A stretch of DNA of 64,000 bases from Auanema rhodensis (lineage: Eukaryota > Animalia > Nematoda). Location of the stretch: positions 18,724,001 to 18,788,000 of the forward strand of contig OZ059900.1 in assembly GCA_964057225.1 (NCBI GenBank). Reading direction: 5' to 3'. The stretch's first letter is position 1. The number at the start of each line of letters is the position of its first letter. A model generated the notes under the pieces. It did no database searches, was not told the DNA's origin, and saw only the letters and a program-made list of their open reading frames with translations. The position numbers were made by a program, and so were the translations under genes. This document shows positions 27,501 through 41,300 of this stretch, piece by piece.

Positions 27501-28386
27501 CTGTAAACAAGGTTTTGACTTACGATTTCATGTGTTCAAACTCATGCAATGTCAATGAAACCTAGCTCAAAATTGTTCGTACAACGTCTAGTTCCACTTT
27601 CACGACAAAAAAACAGGGGTTAGAAAATTAAGGAAATTAGCATATTCTGAGGGCACGCCCCTTATGGCTAATATTGATTAAATCGATTTTTGTTCATATG
27701 AGTCGTCAAATGCAACGAATTTCAGCGTGTTACATACTAAAATGAAGCATTTTACATGCTGAACACTAGAAAAATACAAAAACACAGTATTTCCCATGAG
27801 AAATATTTTATTATGCTGGAAAACCAGTTTTTGGAAATTTCGCTGTAAACAAGGTTTTGACTTACGATTTCATGTGTTCAAACTCATGCAATGTCAATGA
27901 AACCTAGCTCAAAATTGTTCGTACAACGTCTAGTTCCACTTTCACGACAAAAAAACAGGGGTTAGAAAATTAAGGAAATTAGCATATTCTGAGGGCACGC
28001 CCCTTATGGCTAATATTGATTAAATCGATTTTTGTTCATATGAGTCGTCAAATGCAACGAATTTCAGCGTGTTACATACTAAAATGAAGCATTTTACATG
28101 CTGAACACTAGAAAAATACAAAAACACAGTATTTCCCATGAGAAATATTTTATTATGCTGGAAAACCAGTTTTTGGAAATTTCGCTGTAAACAAGGTTTT
28201 GACTTACGATTTCATGTGTTCAAACTCATGCAATGTCAATGAAACCTAGCTCAAAATTGTTCGTACAACGTCTAGTTCCACTTTCACGACAAAAAAACAG
28301 GGGTTAGAAAATTAAGGAAATTAGCATATTCTGAGGGCACGCCCCTTATGGCTAATATTGATTAAATCGATTTTTGTTCATATGAG

Positions 28387-31300
28387 TCGTCAAATGCAAC
28401 GAATTTCAGCGTGTTACATACTAAAATGAAGCATTTTACATGCTGAACACTAGAAAAATACAAAAACACAGTATTTCCCATGAGAAATATTTTATTATGC
28501 TGGAAAACCAGTTTTTGGAAATTTCGCTGTAACCAAGGTTTTGACTTACGATTTCATGTGTTCAAACTCATGCAATGTCAATGAAACCTAGCTCAAAATT
28601 GTTCGTACAACGTCTAGTTCCACTTTCACGACAAAAAAACAGGGGTTAGAAAATTAAGGAAATTAGCATATTCTGAGGGCACGCCCCTTATGGCTAATAT
28701 TGATTAAATCGATTTTTGTTCATATGAGTCGTCAAATGCAACGAATTTCAGCGTGTTACATACTAAAATGAAGCATTTTACATGCTGAACACTAGAAAAA
28801 TACAAAAACACAGTATTTCCCATGAGAAATATTTTATTATGCTGGAAAACCAGTTTTTGGAAATTTCGCTGTAAACAAGGTTTTGACTTACGATTTCATG
28901 TGTTCAAACTCATGCAATGTCAATGAAACCTAGCTCAAAATTGTTCGTACAACGTCTAGTTCCACTTTCACGACAAAAAAACAGGGGTTAGAAAATTAAG
29001 GAAATTAGCATATTCTGAGGGCACGCCCCTTATGGCTAATATTGATTAAATCGATTTTTGTTCATATGAGTCGTCAAATGCAACGAATTTCAGCGTGTTA
29101 CATACTTAAATGAAGCATTTTACATGCTGAACACTAGAAAAATACAAAAACACAGTATTTCCCATGAGAAATATTTTATTATGCTGGAAAACCAGTTTTT
29201 GGAAATTTCGCTGTAAACAAGGTTTTGACTTACGATTTCATGTGTTCAAACTCATGCAATGTCAATGAAACCTAGCTCAAAATTGTTCGTACAACGTCTA
29301 GTTCCACTTTCACGACAAAAAAACAGGGGTTAGAAAATTAAGGAAATTAGCATATTCTGAGGGCACGCCCCTTATGGCTAATATTGATTAAATCGATTTT
29401 TGTTCATATGAGTCGTCAAATGCAACGAATTTCAGCGTGTTACATACTTAAATGAAGCATTTTACATGCTGAACACTAGAAAAATACAAAAACACAGTAT
29501 TTCCCATGAGAAATATTTTATTATGCTGGAAAACCAGTTTTTGGAAATTTCGCTGTAACCAAGGTTTTGACTTACGATTTCATGTGTTCAAACTCATGCA
29601 ATGTCAATGAAACCTAGCTCAAAATTGTTCGTACAACGTCTAGTTCCACTTTCACGACAAAAAAACAGGGGTTAGAAAATTAAGGAAATTAGCATATTCT
29701 GAGGGCACGCCCCTTATGGCTAATATTGATTAAATCGATTTTTGTTCATATGAGTCGTCAAATGCAACGAATTTCAGCGTGTTACATACTAAAATGAAGC
29801 ATTTTACATGCTGAACACTAGAAAAATACAAAAACACAGTATTTCCCATGAGAAATATTTTATTATGCTGGAAAACCAGTTTTTGGAAATTTCGCTGTAA
29901 ACAAGGTTTTGACTTACGATTTCATGTGTTCAAACTCATGCAATGTCAATGAAACCTAGCTCAAAATTGTTCGTACAACGTCTAGTTCCACTTTCACGAC
30001 AAAAAAACAGGGGTTAGAAAATTAAGGAAATTAGCATATTCTGAGGGCACGCCCCTTATGGCTAATATTGATTAAATCGATTTTTGTTCATATGAGTCGT
30101 CAAATGCAACGAATTTCAGCGTGTTACATACTTAAATGAAGCATTTTACATGCTGAACACTAGAAAAATACAAAAACACAGTATTTCCCATGAGAAATAT
30201 TTTATTATGCTGGAAAACCAGTTTTTGGAAATTTCGCTGTAAACAAGGTTTTGACTTACGATTTCATGTGTTCAAACTCATGCAATGTCAATGAAACCTA
30301 GCTCAAAATTGTTCGTACAACGTCTAGTTCCACTTTCACGACAAAAAAACAGGGGTTAGAAAATTAAGGAAATTAGCATATTCTGAGGGCACGCCCCTTA
30401 TGGCTAATATTGATTAAATCGATTTTTGTTCATATGAGTCGTCAAATGCAACGAATTTCAGCGTGTTACATACTAAAATGAAGCATTTTACATGCTGAAC
30501 ACTAGAAAAATACAAAAACACAGTATTTCCCATGAGAAATATTTTATTATGCTGGAAAACCAGTTTTTGGAAATTTCGCTGTAACCAAGGTTTTGACTTA
30601 CGATTTCATGTGTTCAAACTCATGCAATGTCAATGAAACCTAGCTCAAAATTGTTCGTACAACGTCTAGTTCCACTTTCACGACAAAAAAACAGGGGTTA
30701 GAAAATTAAGGAAATTAGCATATTCTGAGGGCACGCCCCTTATGGCTAATATTGATTAAATCGATTTTTGTTCATATGAGTCGTCAAATGCAACGAATTT
30801 CAGCGTGTTACATACTAAAATGAAGCATTTTACATGCTGAACACTAGAAAAATACAAAAACACAGTATTTCCCATGAGAAATATTTTATTATGCTGGAAA
30901 ACCAGTTTTTGGAAATTTCGCTGTAAACAAGGTTTTGACTTACGATTTCATGTGTTCAAACTCATGCAATGTCAATGAAACCTAGCTCAAAATTGTTCGT
31001 ACAACGTCTAGTTCCACTTTCACGACAAAAAAACAGGGGTTAGAAAATTAAGGAAATTAGCATATTCTGAGGGCACGCCCCTTATGGCTAATATTGATTA
31101 AATCGATTTTTGTTCATATGAGTCGTCAAATGCAACGAATTTCAGCGTGTTACATACTTAAATGAAGCATTTTACATGCTGAACACTAGAAAAATACAAA
31201 AACACAGTATTTCCCATGAGAAATATTTTATTATGCTGGAAAACCAGTTTTTGGAAATTTCGCTGTAAACAAGGTTTTGACTTACGATTTCATGTGTTCA

Positions 31301-34300
31301 AACTCATGCAATGTCAATGAAACCTAGCTCAAAATTGTTCGTACAACGTTTAGTTCCACTTTCACGACAAAAAAACAGGGGTTAGAAAATTAAGGAAATT
31401 AGCATATTCTGAGGGCACGCCCCTTATGGCTAATATTGATTAAATCGATTTTTGTTCATATGAGTCGTCAAATGCAACGAATTTCAGCGTGTTACATACT
31501 TAAATGAAGCATTTTACATGCTGAACACTAGAAAAATACAAAAACACAGTATTTCCCATGAGAAATATTTTATTATGCTGGAAAACCAGTTTTTGGAAAT
31601 TTCGCTGTAACCAAGGTTTTGACTTACGATTTCATGTGTTCAAACTCATGCAATGTCAATGAAACCTAGCTCAAAATTGTTCGTACAACGTCTAGTTCCA
31701 CTTTCACGACAAAAAAACAGGGGTTAGAAAATTAAGGAAATTAGCATATTCTGAGGGCACGCCCCTTATGGCTAATATTGATTAAATCGATTTTTGTTCA
31801 TATGAGTCGTCAAATGCAACGAATTTCAGCGTGTTACATACTAAAATGAAGCATTTTACATGCTGAACACTAGAAAAATACAAAAACACAGTATTTCCCA
31901 TGAGAAATATTTTATTATGCTGGAAAACCAGTTTTTGGAAATTTCGCTGTAAACAAGGTTTTGACTTACGATTTCATGTGTTCAAACTCATGCAATGTCA
32001 ATGAAACCTAGCTCAAAATTGTTCGTACAACGTCTAGTTCCACTTTCACGACAAAAAAACAGGGGTTAGAAAATTAAGGAAATTAGCATATTCTGAGGGC
32101 ACGCCCCTTATGGCTAATATTGATTAAATCGATTTTTGTTCATATGAGTCGTCAAATGCAACGAATTTCAGCGTGTTACATACTTAAATGAAGCATTTTA
32201 CATGCTGAACACTAGAAAAATACAAAAACACAGTATTTCCCATGAGAAATATTTTATTATGCTGGAAAACCAGTTTTTGGAAATTTCGCTGTAAACAAGG
32301 TTTTGACTTACGATTTCATGTGTTCAAACTCATGCATTGTCAATGAAACCTAGCTCAAAATTGTTCGTACAACGTCTAGTTCCACTTTCACGACAAAAAA
32401 ACAGGGGTTAGAAAATTAAGGAAATTAGCATATTCTGAGGGCACGCCCCTTATGGCTAATATTGATTAAATCGATTTTTGTTCATATGAGTCGTCAAATG
32501 CAACGAATTTCAGCGTGTTACATACTTAAATGAAGCATTTTACATGCTGAACACTAGAAAAATACAAAAACACAGTATTTCCCATGAGAAATATTTTATT
32601 ATGCTGGAAAACCAGTTTTTGGAAATTTCGCTGTAACCAAGGTTTTGACTTACGATTTCATGTGTTCAAACTCATGCAATGTCAATGAAACCTAGCTCAA
32701 AATTGTTCGTACAACGTCTAGTTCCACTTTCACGACAAAAAAACAGGGGTTAGAAAATTAAGGAAATTAGCATATTCTGAGGGCACGCCCCTTATGGCTA
32801 ATATTGATTAAATCGATTTTTGTTCATATGAGTCGTCAAATGCAACGAATTTCAGCGTGTTACATACTAAAATGAAGCATTTTACATGCTGAACACTAGA
32901 AAAATACAAAAACACAGTATTTCCCATGAGAAATATTTTATTATGCTGGAAAACCAGTTTTTGGAAATTTCGCTGTAAACAAGGTTTTGACTTACGATTT
33001 CATGTGTTCAAACTCATGCAATGTCAATGAAACCTAGCTCAAAATTGTTCGTACAACGTCTAGTTCCACTTTCACGACAAAAAAACAGGGGTTAGAAAAT
33101 TAAGGAAATTAGCATATTCTGAGGGCACGCCCCTTATGGCTAATATTGATTAAATCGATTTTTGTTCATATGAGTCGTCAAATGCAACGAATTTCAGCGT
33201 GTTACATACTAAAATGAAGCATTTTACATGCTGAACACTAGAAAAATACAAAAACACAGTATTTCCCATGAGAAATATTTTATTATGCTGGAAAACCAGT
33301 TTTTGGAAATTTCGCTGTAAACAAGGTTTTGACTTACGATTTCATGTGTTCAAACTCATGCAATGTCAATGAAACCTAGCTCAAAATTGTTCGTACAACG
33401 TCTAGTTCCACTTTCACGACAAAAAAACAGGGGTTAGAAAATTAAGGAAATTAGCATATTCTGAGGGCACGCCCCTTATGGCTAATATTGATTAAATCGA
33501 TTTTTGTTCATATGAGTCGTCAAACGCAACGAATTTCAGCGTGTTACATACTAAAATGAAGCATTTTACATGCTGAACACTAGAAAAATACAAAAACACA
33601 GTATTTCCCATGAGAAATATTTTATTATGCTGGAAAACCAGTTTTTGGAAATTTCGCTGTAACCAAGGTTTTGACTTACGATTTCATGTGTTCAAACTCA
33701 TGCAATGTCAATGAAACCTAGCTCAAAATTGTTCGTACAACGTCTAGTTCCACTTTCACGACAAAAAAACAGGGGTTAGAAAATTAAGGAAATTAGCATA
33801 TTCTGAGGGCACGCCCCTTATGGCTAATATTGATTAAATCGATTTTTGTTCATATGAGTCGTCAAATGCAACGAATTTCAGCGTGTTACATACTAAAATG
33901 AAGCATTTTACATGCTGAACACTAGAAAAATACAAAAACACAGTATTTCCCATGAGAAATATTTTATTATGCTGGAAAACCAGTTTTTGGAAATTTCGCT
34001 GTAAACAAGGTTTTGACTTACGATTTCATGTGTTCAAACTCATGCAATGTCAATGAAACCTAGCTCAAAATTGTTCGTACAACGTCTAGTTCCACTTTCA
34101 CGACAAAAAAACAGGGGTTAGAAAATTAAGGAAATTAGCATATTCTGAGGGCACGCCCCTTATGGCTAATATTGATTAAATCGATTTTTGTTCATATGAG
34201 TCGTCAAATGCAACGAATTTCAGCGTGTTACATACTTAAATGAAGCATTTTACATGCTGAACACTAGAAAAATACAAAAACACAGTATTTCCCATGAGAA

Positions 34301-35910
34301 ATATTTTATTATGCTGGAAAACCAGTTTTTGGAAATTTCGCTGTAAACAAGGTTTTGACTTACGATTTCATGTGTTCAAACTCATGCAATGTCAATGAAA
34401 CCTAGCTCAAAATTGTTCGTACAACGTCTAGTTCCACTTTCACGACAAAAAAACAGGGGTTAGAAAATTAAGGAAATTAGCATATTCTGAGGGCACGCCC
34501 CTTATGGCTAATATTGATTAAATCGATTTTTGTTCATATGAGTCGTCAAATGCAACGAATTTCAGCGTGTTACATACTTAAATGAAGCATTTTACATGCT
34601 GAACACTAGAAAAATACAAAAACACAGTATTTCCCATGAGAAATATTTTATTATGCTGGAAAACCAGTTTTTGGAAATTTCGCTGTAACCAAGGTTTTGA
34701 CTTACGATTTCATGTGTTCAAACTCATGCAATGTCAATGAAACCTAGCTCAAAATTGTTCGTACAACGTCTAGTTCCACTTTCACGACAAAAAAACAGGG
34801 GTTAGAAAATTAAGGAAATTAGCATATTCTGAGGGCACGCCCCTTATGGCTAATATTGATTAAATCGATTTTTGTTCATATGAGTCGTCAAATGCAACGA
34901 ATTTCAGCGTGTTACATACTAAAATGAAGCATTTTACATGCTGAACACTAGAAAAATACAAAAACACAGTATTTCCCATGAGAAATATTTTATTATGCTG
35001 GAAAACCAGTTTTTGGAAATTTCGCTGTAAACAAAGTTTTGACTTACGATTTCATGTGTTCAAACTCATGCAATGTCAATGAAACCTAGCTCAAAATTGT
35101 TCGTACAACGTCTAGTTCCACTTTCACGACAAAAAAACAAGGGTTAGAAAATTAAGGAAATTAGCATATTCTGAGGGCACGCCCCTTATGGCTAATATTG
35201 ATTAAATCGATTTTTGTTCATATGAGTCGTCAAATGCAACGAATTTCAGCGTGTTACATACTAAAATAAAGCATTTTACATGCTGAACACTAGAAAAATA
35301 CAAAAACACAGTATTTCCCATGAGAAATATTTTATTATGCTGGAAAACCAGTTTTTGGAAATTTCGCTGTAAACAAGGTTTTGACTTACGATTTCATGTG
35401 TTTAAACTCATGCAATGTCAATGAAACCTAGCTCAAAATTGTTCGTACAACGTCTAGTTCCACTTTCACGACAAAAAAACAGGGGTTAGAAAATTAAGGA
35501 AATTAGCATATTCTGAGGGCACGCCCCTTATGGCTAATATTGATTAAATCGATTTTTGTTCATATGAGTCGTCAAATGCAACGAATTTCAGCGTGTTACA
35601 TACTAAAATAAAGCATTTTACATGCTGAACACTAGAAAAATACAAAAACACAGTATTTCCCATGAGAAATATTTTATTATGCTGGAAAACCAGTTTTTGG
35701 AAATTTCGCTGTAACCAAGGTTTTGACTTACGATTTCATGTGTTCAAACTCATGCAATGTCAATGAAACCTAGCTCAAAATTGTTCGTACAACGTCTAGT
35801 TCCACTTTCACGACAAAAAAACAGGGGTTAGAAAATTAAGGAAATTAGCATATTCTGAGGGCACGCCCCTTATGGCTAATATTGATTAAATCGATTTTTG
35901 TTCATATGAG
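28387..35910. repeat. 3-monomer (1026 bp) HOR tract, about 8 periods
   Basis: C147 (GTAACCAAGG) at 28533, 29559, 30585, 31611, 32637, 33663, 34689, 35715, exactly 1026 apart; T37 mostly in phase. Confidence 0.9.
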
Positions 35911-38304
35911 TCGTCAAATGCAACGAATTTCAGCGTGTTACATACTAAAATGAAGCATTTTACATGCTGAACACTAGAAGAATACAAAAACACAGTATTT
36001 CCCATGAGAAATATTTTATTATGCTGGAAAACCAGTTTTTGGAAATTTCGCTGTAAACAAGGTTTTGACTTACGATTTCATGTGTTCAAACTCATGCAAT
36101 GTCAATGAAACCTAGCTCAAAATTGTTCGTACAACGTCTAGTTCCACTTTCACGACAAAAAAACAGGGGTTAGAAAATTAAGGAAATTAGCATATTCTGA
36201 GGGCACGCCCCTTATGGCTAATATTGATTAAATCGATTTTTGTTCATATGAGTCGTCAAATGCAACGAATTTCAGCGTGTTACATACTAAAATGAAGCAT
36301 TTTACATGCTGAACACTAGAAGAATACAAAAACACAGTATTTCCCATGAGAAATATTTTATTATGCTGGAAAACCAGTTTTTGGAAATTTCGCTGTAAAC
36401 AAGGTTTTGACTTACGATTTCATGTGTTCAAACTCATGCAATGTCAATGAAACCTAGCTCAAAATTGTTCGTACAACGTCTAGTTCCACTTTCACGACAA
36501 AAAAACAGGGGTTAGAAAATTAAGGAAATTAGCATATTCTGAGGGCACGCCCCTTATGGCTAATATTGATTAAATCGATTTTTGTTCATATGAGTCGTCA
36601 AATGCAACGAATTTCAGCGTGTTACATACTAAAATGAAGCATTTTACATGCTGAACACTAGAAGAATACAAAAACACAGTATTTCCCATGAGAAATATTT
36701 TATTATGCTGGAAAACCAGTTTTTGGAAATTTCGCTGTAAACAAGGTTTTGACTTACGATTTCATGTGTTCAAACTCATGCAATGTCAATGAAACCTAGC
36801 TCAAAATTGTTCGTACAACGTCTAGTTCCACTTTCACGACAAAAAAACAGGGGTTAGAAAATTAAGGAAATTAGCATATTCTGAGGGCACGCCCCTTATG
36901 GCTAATATTGATTAAATCGATTTTTGTTCATATGAGTCGTCAAATGCAACGAATTTCAGCGTGTTACATACTAAAATGAAGCATTTTACATGCTGAACAC
37001 TAGAAAAATACAAAAACACAGTATTTCCCATGAGAAATATTTTATTATGCTTGAAAACCAGTTTTTGGAAATTTCGCTGTAAACAAGGTTTTGACTTACG
37101 ATTTCATGTGTTCAAACTCATGCAATGTCAATGAAACCTAGCTCAAAATTGTTCGTACAACGTCTAGTTCCACTTTCACGACAAAAAAACAGGGGTTAGA
37201 AAATTAAGGAAATTAGCATATTCTGAGGGCACGCCCCTTATGGCTAATATTGATTAAATCGATTTTTGTTCATATGAGTCGTCAAATGCAACGAATTTCA
37301 GCGTGTTACATACTAAAATGAAGCATTTTACATGCTGAACACTAGAAAAAAACAAAAACACAGTATTTCCCATGAGAAATATTTTATTATGCTGGAAAAC
37401 CAGTTTTTGGAAATTTCGCTGTAAACAAGGTTTTGACTTACGATTTCATGTGTTCAAACTCATGCAATGTCAATGAAACCTAGCTCAAAATTGTTCGTAC
37501 AACGTCTAGTTCCACTTTCACGGCAAAAAAACAGGGGTTAGAAAATTAAGGAAATTAGCATATTCTGAGGGCACGCCCCTTATGGCTAATATTGATTAAA
37601 TCGATTTTTGTTCATATGAGTCGTCAAATGCAACGAATTTCAGCGTGTTACATACTAAAATGAAGCATTTTACATGCTGAACACTAGAAAAATACAAAAA
37701 CACAGTATTTCCCATGAGAAATATTTTATTATGCTGGAAAACCAGTTTTTGGAAATTTCGCTGTAAACAAGGTTTTGACTTACGATTTCATGTGTTCAAA
37801 CTCATGCAATGTCAATGAAACCTAGCTCAAAATTGTTCGTACAACGTCTAGTTCCACTTTCACGACAAAAAAACAAGGGTTAGAAAATTAAGGAAATTAG
37901 CATATTCTGAGGGCACGCCCCTTATGGCTAATATTGATTAAATCGATTTTTGTTCATATGAGTCGTCAAATGCAACGAATTTCAGCGTGTTACATACTAA
38001 AATGAAGCATTTTACATGCTGAACACTAGAAAAATACAAAAACACAGTATTTCCCATGAGAAATATTTTATTATGCTGGAAAACCAGTTTTTGGAAATTT
38101 CGCTGTAAACAAGGTTTTGACTTACGATTTCATGTGTTCAAACTCATGCAATGTCAATGAAACCTAGCTCAAAATTGTTCGTACAACGTCTAGTTCCACT
38201 TTCACGACAAAAAAACAGGGGTTAGAAAATTAAGGAAATTAGCATATTCTGAGGGCACGCCCCTTATGGCTGATATTGATTAAATCGATTTTTGTTAATA
38301 TGAG

Positions 38305-41300
38305 TCGTCAAATGCAACGAATTTCAGCGTGTTACATACTAAAATGAAGCATTTTACATGCTGAACACTAGAAAAATACAAAAACACAGTATTTCCCATG
38401 AGAAATATTTTATTATGCTGGAAAACCAGTTTTTGGAAATTTCGCTGTAAACAAGGTTTTGACTTACGATTTCATGTGTTCAAACTCATGCAATGTCAAT
38501 GAAACCTAGCTCAAAATTGTTCGTACAACGTCTAGTTTCACTTTCACGACAAAAAAACAGGGGTTAGAAAACTAAGGAAATTAGCATATTCTGAGGGCAC
38601 GCCCCTTATGGCTAATATTGATTAAATCGATTTTTGTTCATATGAGTCGTCAAATGCAACGAATTTCAGCGTGTTACATACTAAAATGAAGCATTTTACA
38701 TGCTGAACACTAGAAAAATACAAAAACACAGTATTTCCCATGAGAAATATTTTATTATGCTGGAAAACCAGTTTTTGGAAATTTCGCTGTAAACAAGGTT
38801 TTGACTTACGATTTCATGTGTTCAAACTCATGCAATGTCAATGAAACCTAGCTCAAAATTGTTCGTAAAACGTCTAGTTCCACTTTCACGACAAAAAAAC
38901 AGGGGTTAGAAAACTAAGGAAATTAGCATATTCTGAGGGCACGCCCCTTATGGCTAATATTGATTAAATCGATTTTTGTTCATATGAGTCGTCAAATGCA
39001 ACGAATTTCAGCGTGTTACATACTAAAATGAAGCATTTTACATGCTGAACACTAGAAAAATACAAAAACACAATATTTCCCATGAGAAATATTTTATTAT
39101 GCTGGAAAACCAGTTTTTGGAAATTTCGCTGTAAACAAGGTTTTGACTTACGATTTCATGTGTTCAAACTCATGCAATGTCAATGAAACCTAGCTCAAAA
39201 TTGTTCGTACAACGTCTAGTTCCACTTTCACGACAAAAAAACAGGGGTTAGAAAATTAAGGAAATTAGCATATTCTGAGGGTACGCCCCTTATGGCTAAT
39301 ATTGATTAAATCGATTTTTGTTCATATGAGTCGTCAAATGCAACGAATTTCAGCGTGTTACATACTAAAATGAAGCATTTTACATGCTGAACACTAGAAA
39401 AATACAAAAACACAGTATTTCCCATGAGAAATATTTTATTATGCTGGAAAACCAGTTTTTGGAAATTTCGCTGTAAACAAGGTTTTGACTTACGATTTCA
39501 TGTGTTCAAACTCATGCAATGTCAATGAAACCTAGCTCAAAATTGTTCGTACAACGTCTAGTTTCACTTTCACGACAAAAAAACAGGGGTTAGAAAACTA
39601 AGGAAATTAGCATATTCTGAGGGCACGCCCCTTATGGCTAATATTGATTAAATCGATTTTTGTTCATATGAGTCGTCAAATGCAACGAATTTCAGCGTGT
39701 TACATACTAAAATGAAGCATTTTACATGCTGAACACTAGAAAAATACAAAAACACAGTATTTCCCATGAGAAATATTTTATTATGCTGGAAAACCAGTTT
39801 TTGGAAATTTCGCTGTAAACAAGGTTTTGACTTACGATTTCATGTGTTCAAACTCATGCAATGTCAATGAAACCTAGCTCAAAATTGTTCGTACAACGTC
39901 TAGTTTCACTTTCACGACAAAAAAACAGGGGTTAGAAAACTAAGGAAATTAGCATATTCTGAGGGCACGCCCCTTATGGCTAATATTGATTAAATCGATT
40001 TTTGTTCATATGAGTCGTCAAATGCAACGAATTTCAGCGTGTTACATACTAAAATGAAGCATTTTACATGCTGAACACTAGAAAAATACAAAAACACAGT
40101 ATTTCCCATGAGAAATATTTTATTATGCTGGAAAACCAGTTTTTGGAAATTTCGCTGTAAACAAGGTTTTGACTTACGATTTCATGTGTTCAAACTCATG
40201 CAATGTCAATGAAACCTAGCTCAAAATTGTTCGTACAACGTCTAGTTCCACTTTCACGACAAAAAAACAGGGGTTAGAAAATTAAGGAAATTAGCATATT
40301 CTGAGGGCACGCCCCTTATGGCTAATATTGATTAAATCGATTTTTGTTCATATGAGTCGTCAAATGCAACGAATTTCAGCGTGTTACATACTAAAATGAA
40401 GCATTTTACATGCTGAACACTAGAAAAATACAAAAACACAATATTTCCCATGAGAAATATTTTATTATGCTGGAAAACCAGTTTTTGGAAATTTCGCTGT
40501 AAACAAGGTTTTGACTTACGATTTCATGTGTTCAAACTCATGCAATGTCAATGAAACCTAGCTCAAAATTGTTCGTACAACGTCTAGTTCCACTTTCACG
40601 ACAAAAAAACAGGGGTTAGAAAATTAAGGAAATTAGCATATTCTGAGGGTACGCCCCTTATGGCTAATATTGATTAAATCGATTTTTGTTCATATGAGTC
40701 GTCAAATGCAACGAATTTCAGCGTGTTACATACTAAAATGAAGCATTTTACATGCTGAACACTAGAAAAATACAAAAACACAGTATTTCCCATGAGAAAT
40801 ATTTTATTATGCTGGAAAACCAGTTTTTGGAAATTTCGCTGTAAACAAGGTTTTGACTTACGATTTCATGTGTTCAAACTCATGCAATGTCAATGAAACC
40901 TAGCTCAAAATTGTTCGTACAACGTCTAGTTTCACTTTCACGACAAAAAAACAGGGGTTAGAAAACTAAGGAAATTAGCATATTCTGAGGGCACGCCCCT
41001 TATGGCTAATATTGATTAAATCGATTTTTGTTCATATGAGTCGTCAAATGCAACGAATTTCAGCGTGTTACATACTAAAATGAAGCATTTTACATGCTGA
41101 ACACTAGAAAAATACAAAAACACAGTATTTCCCATGAGAAATATTTTATTATGCTGGAAAACCAGTTTTTGGAAATTTCGCTGTAAACAAGGTTTTGACT
41201 TACGATTTCATGTGTTCAAACTCATGCAATGTCAATGAAACCTAGCTCAAAATTGTTCGTACAACGTCTAGTTCCACTTTCACGACAAAAAAACAGGGGT

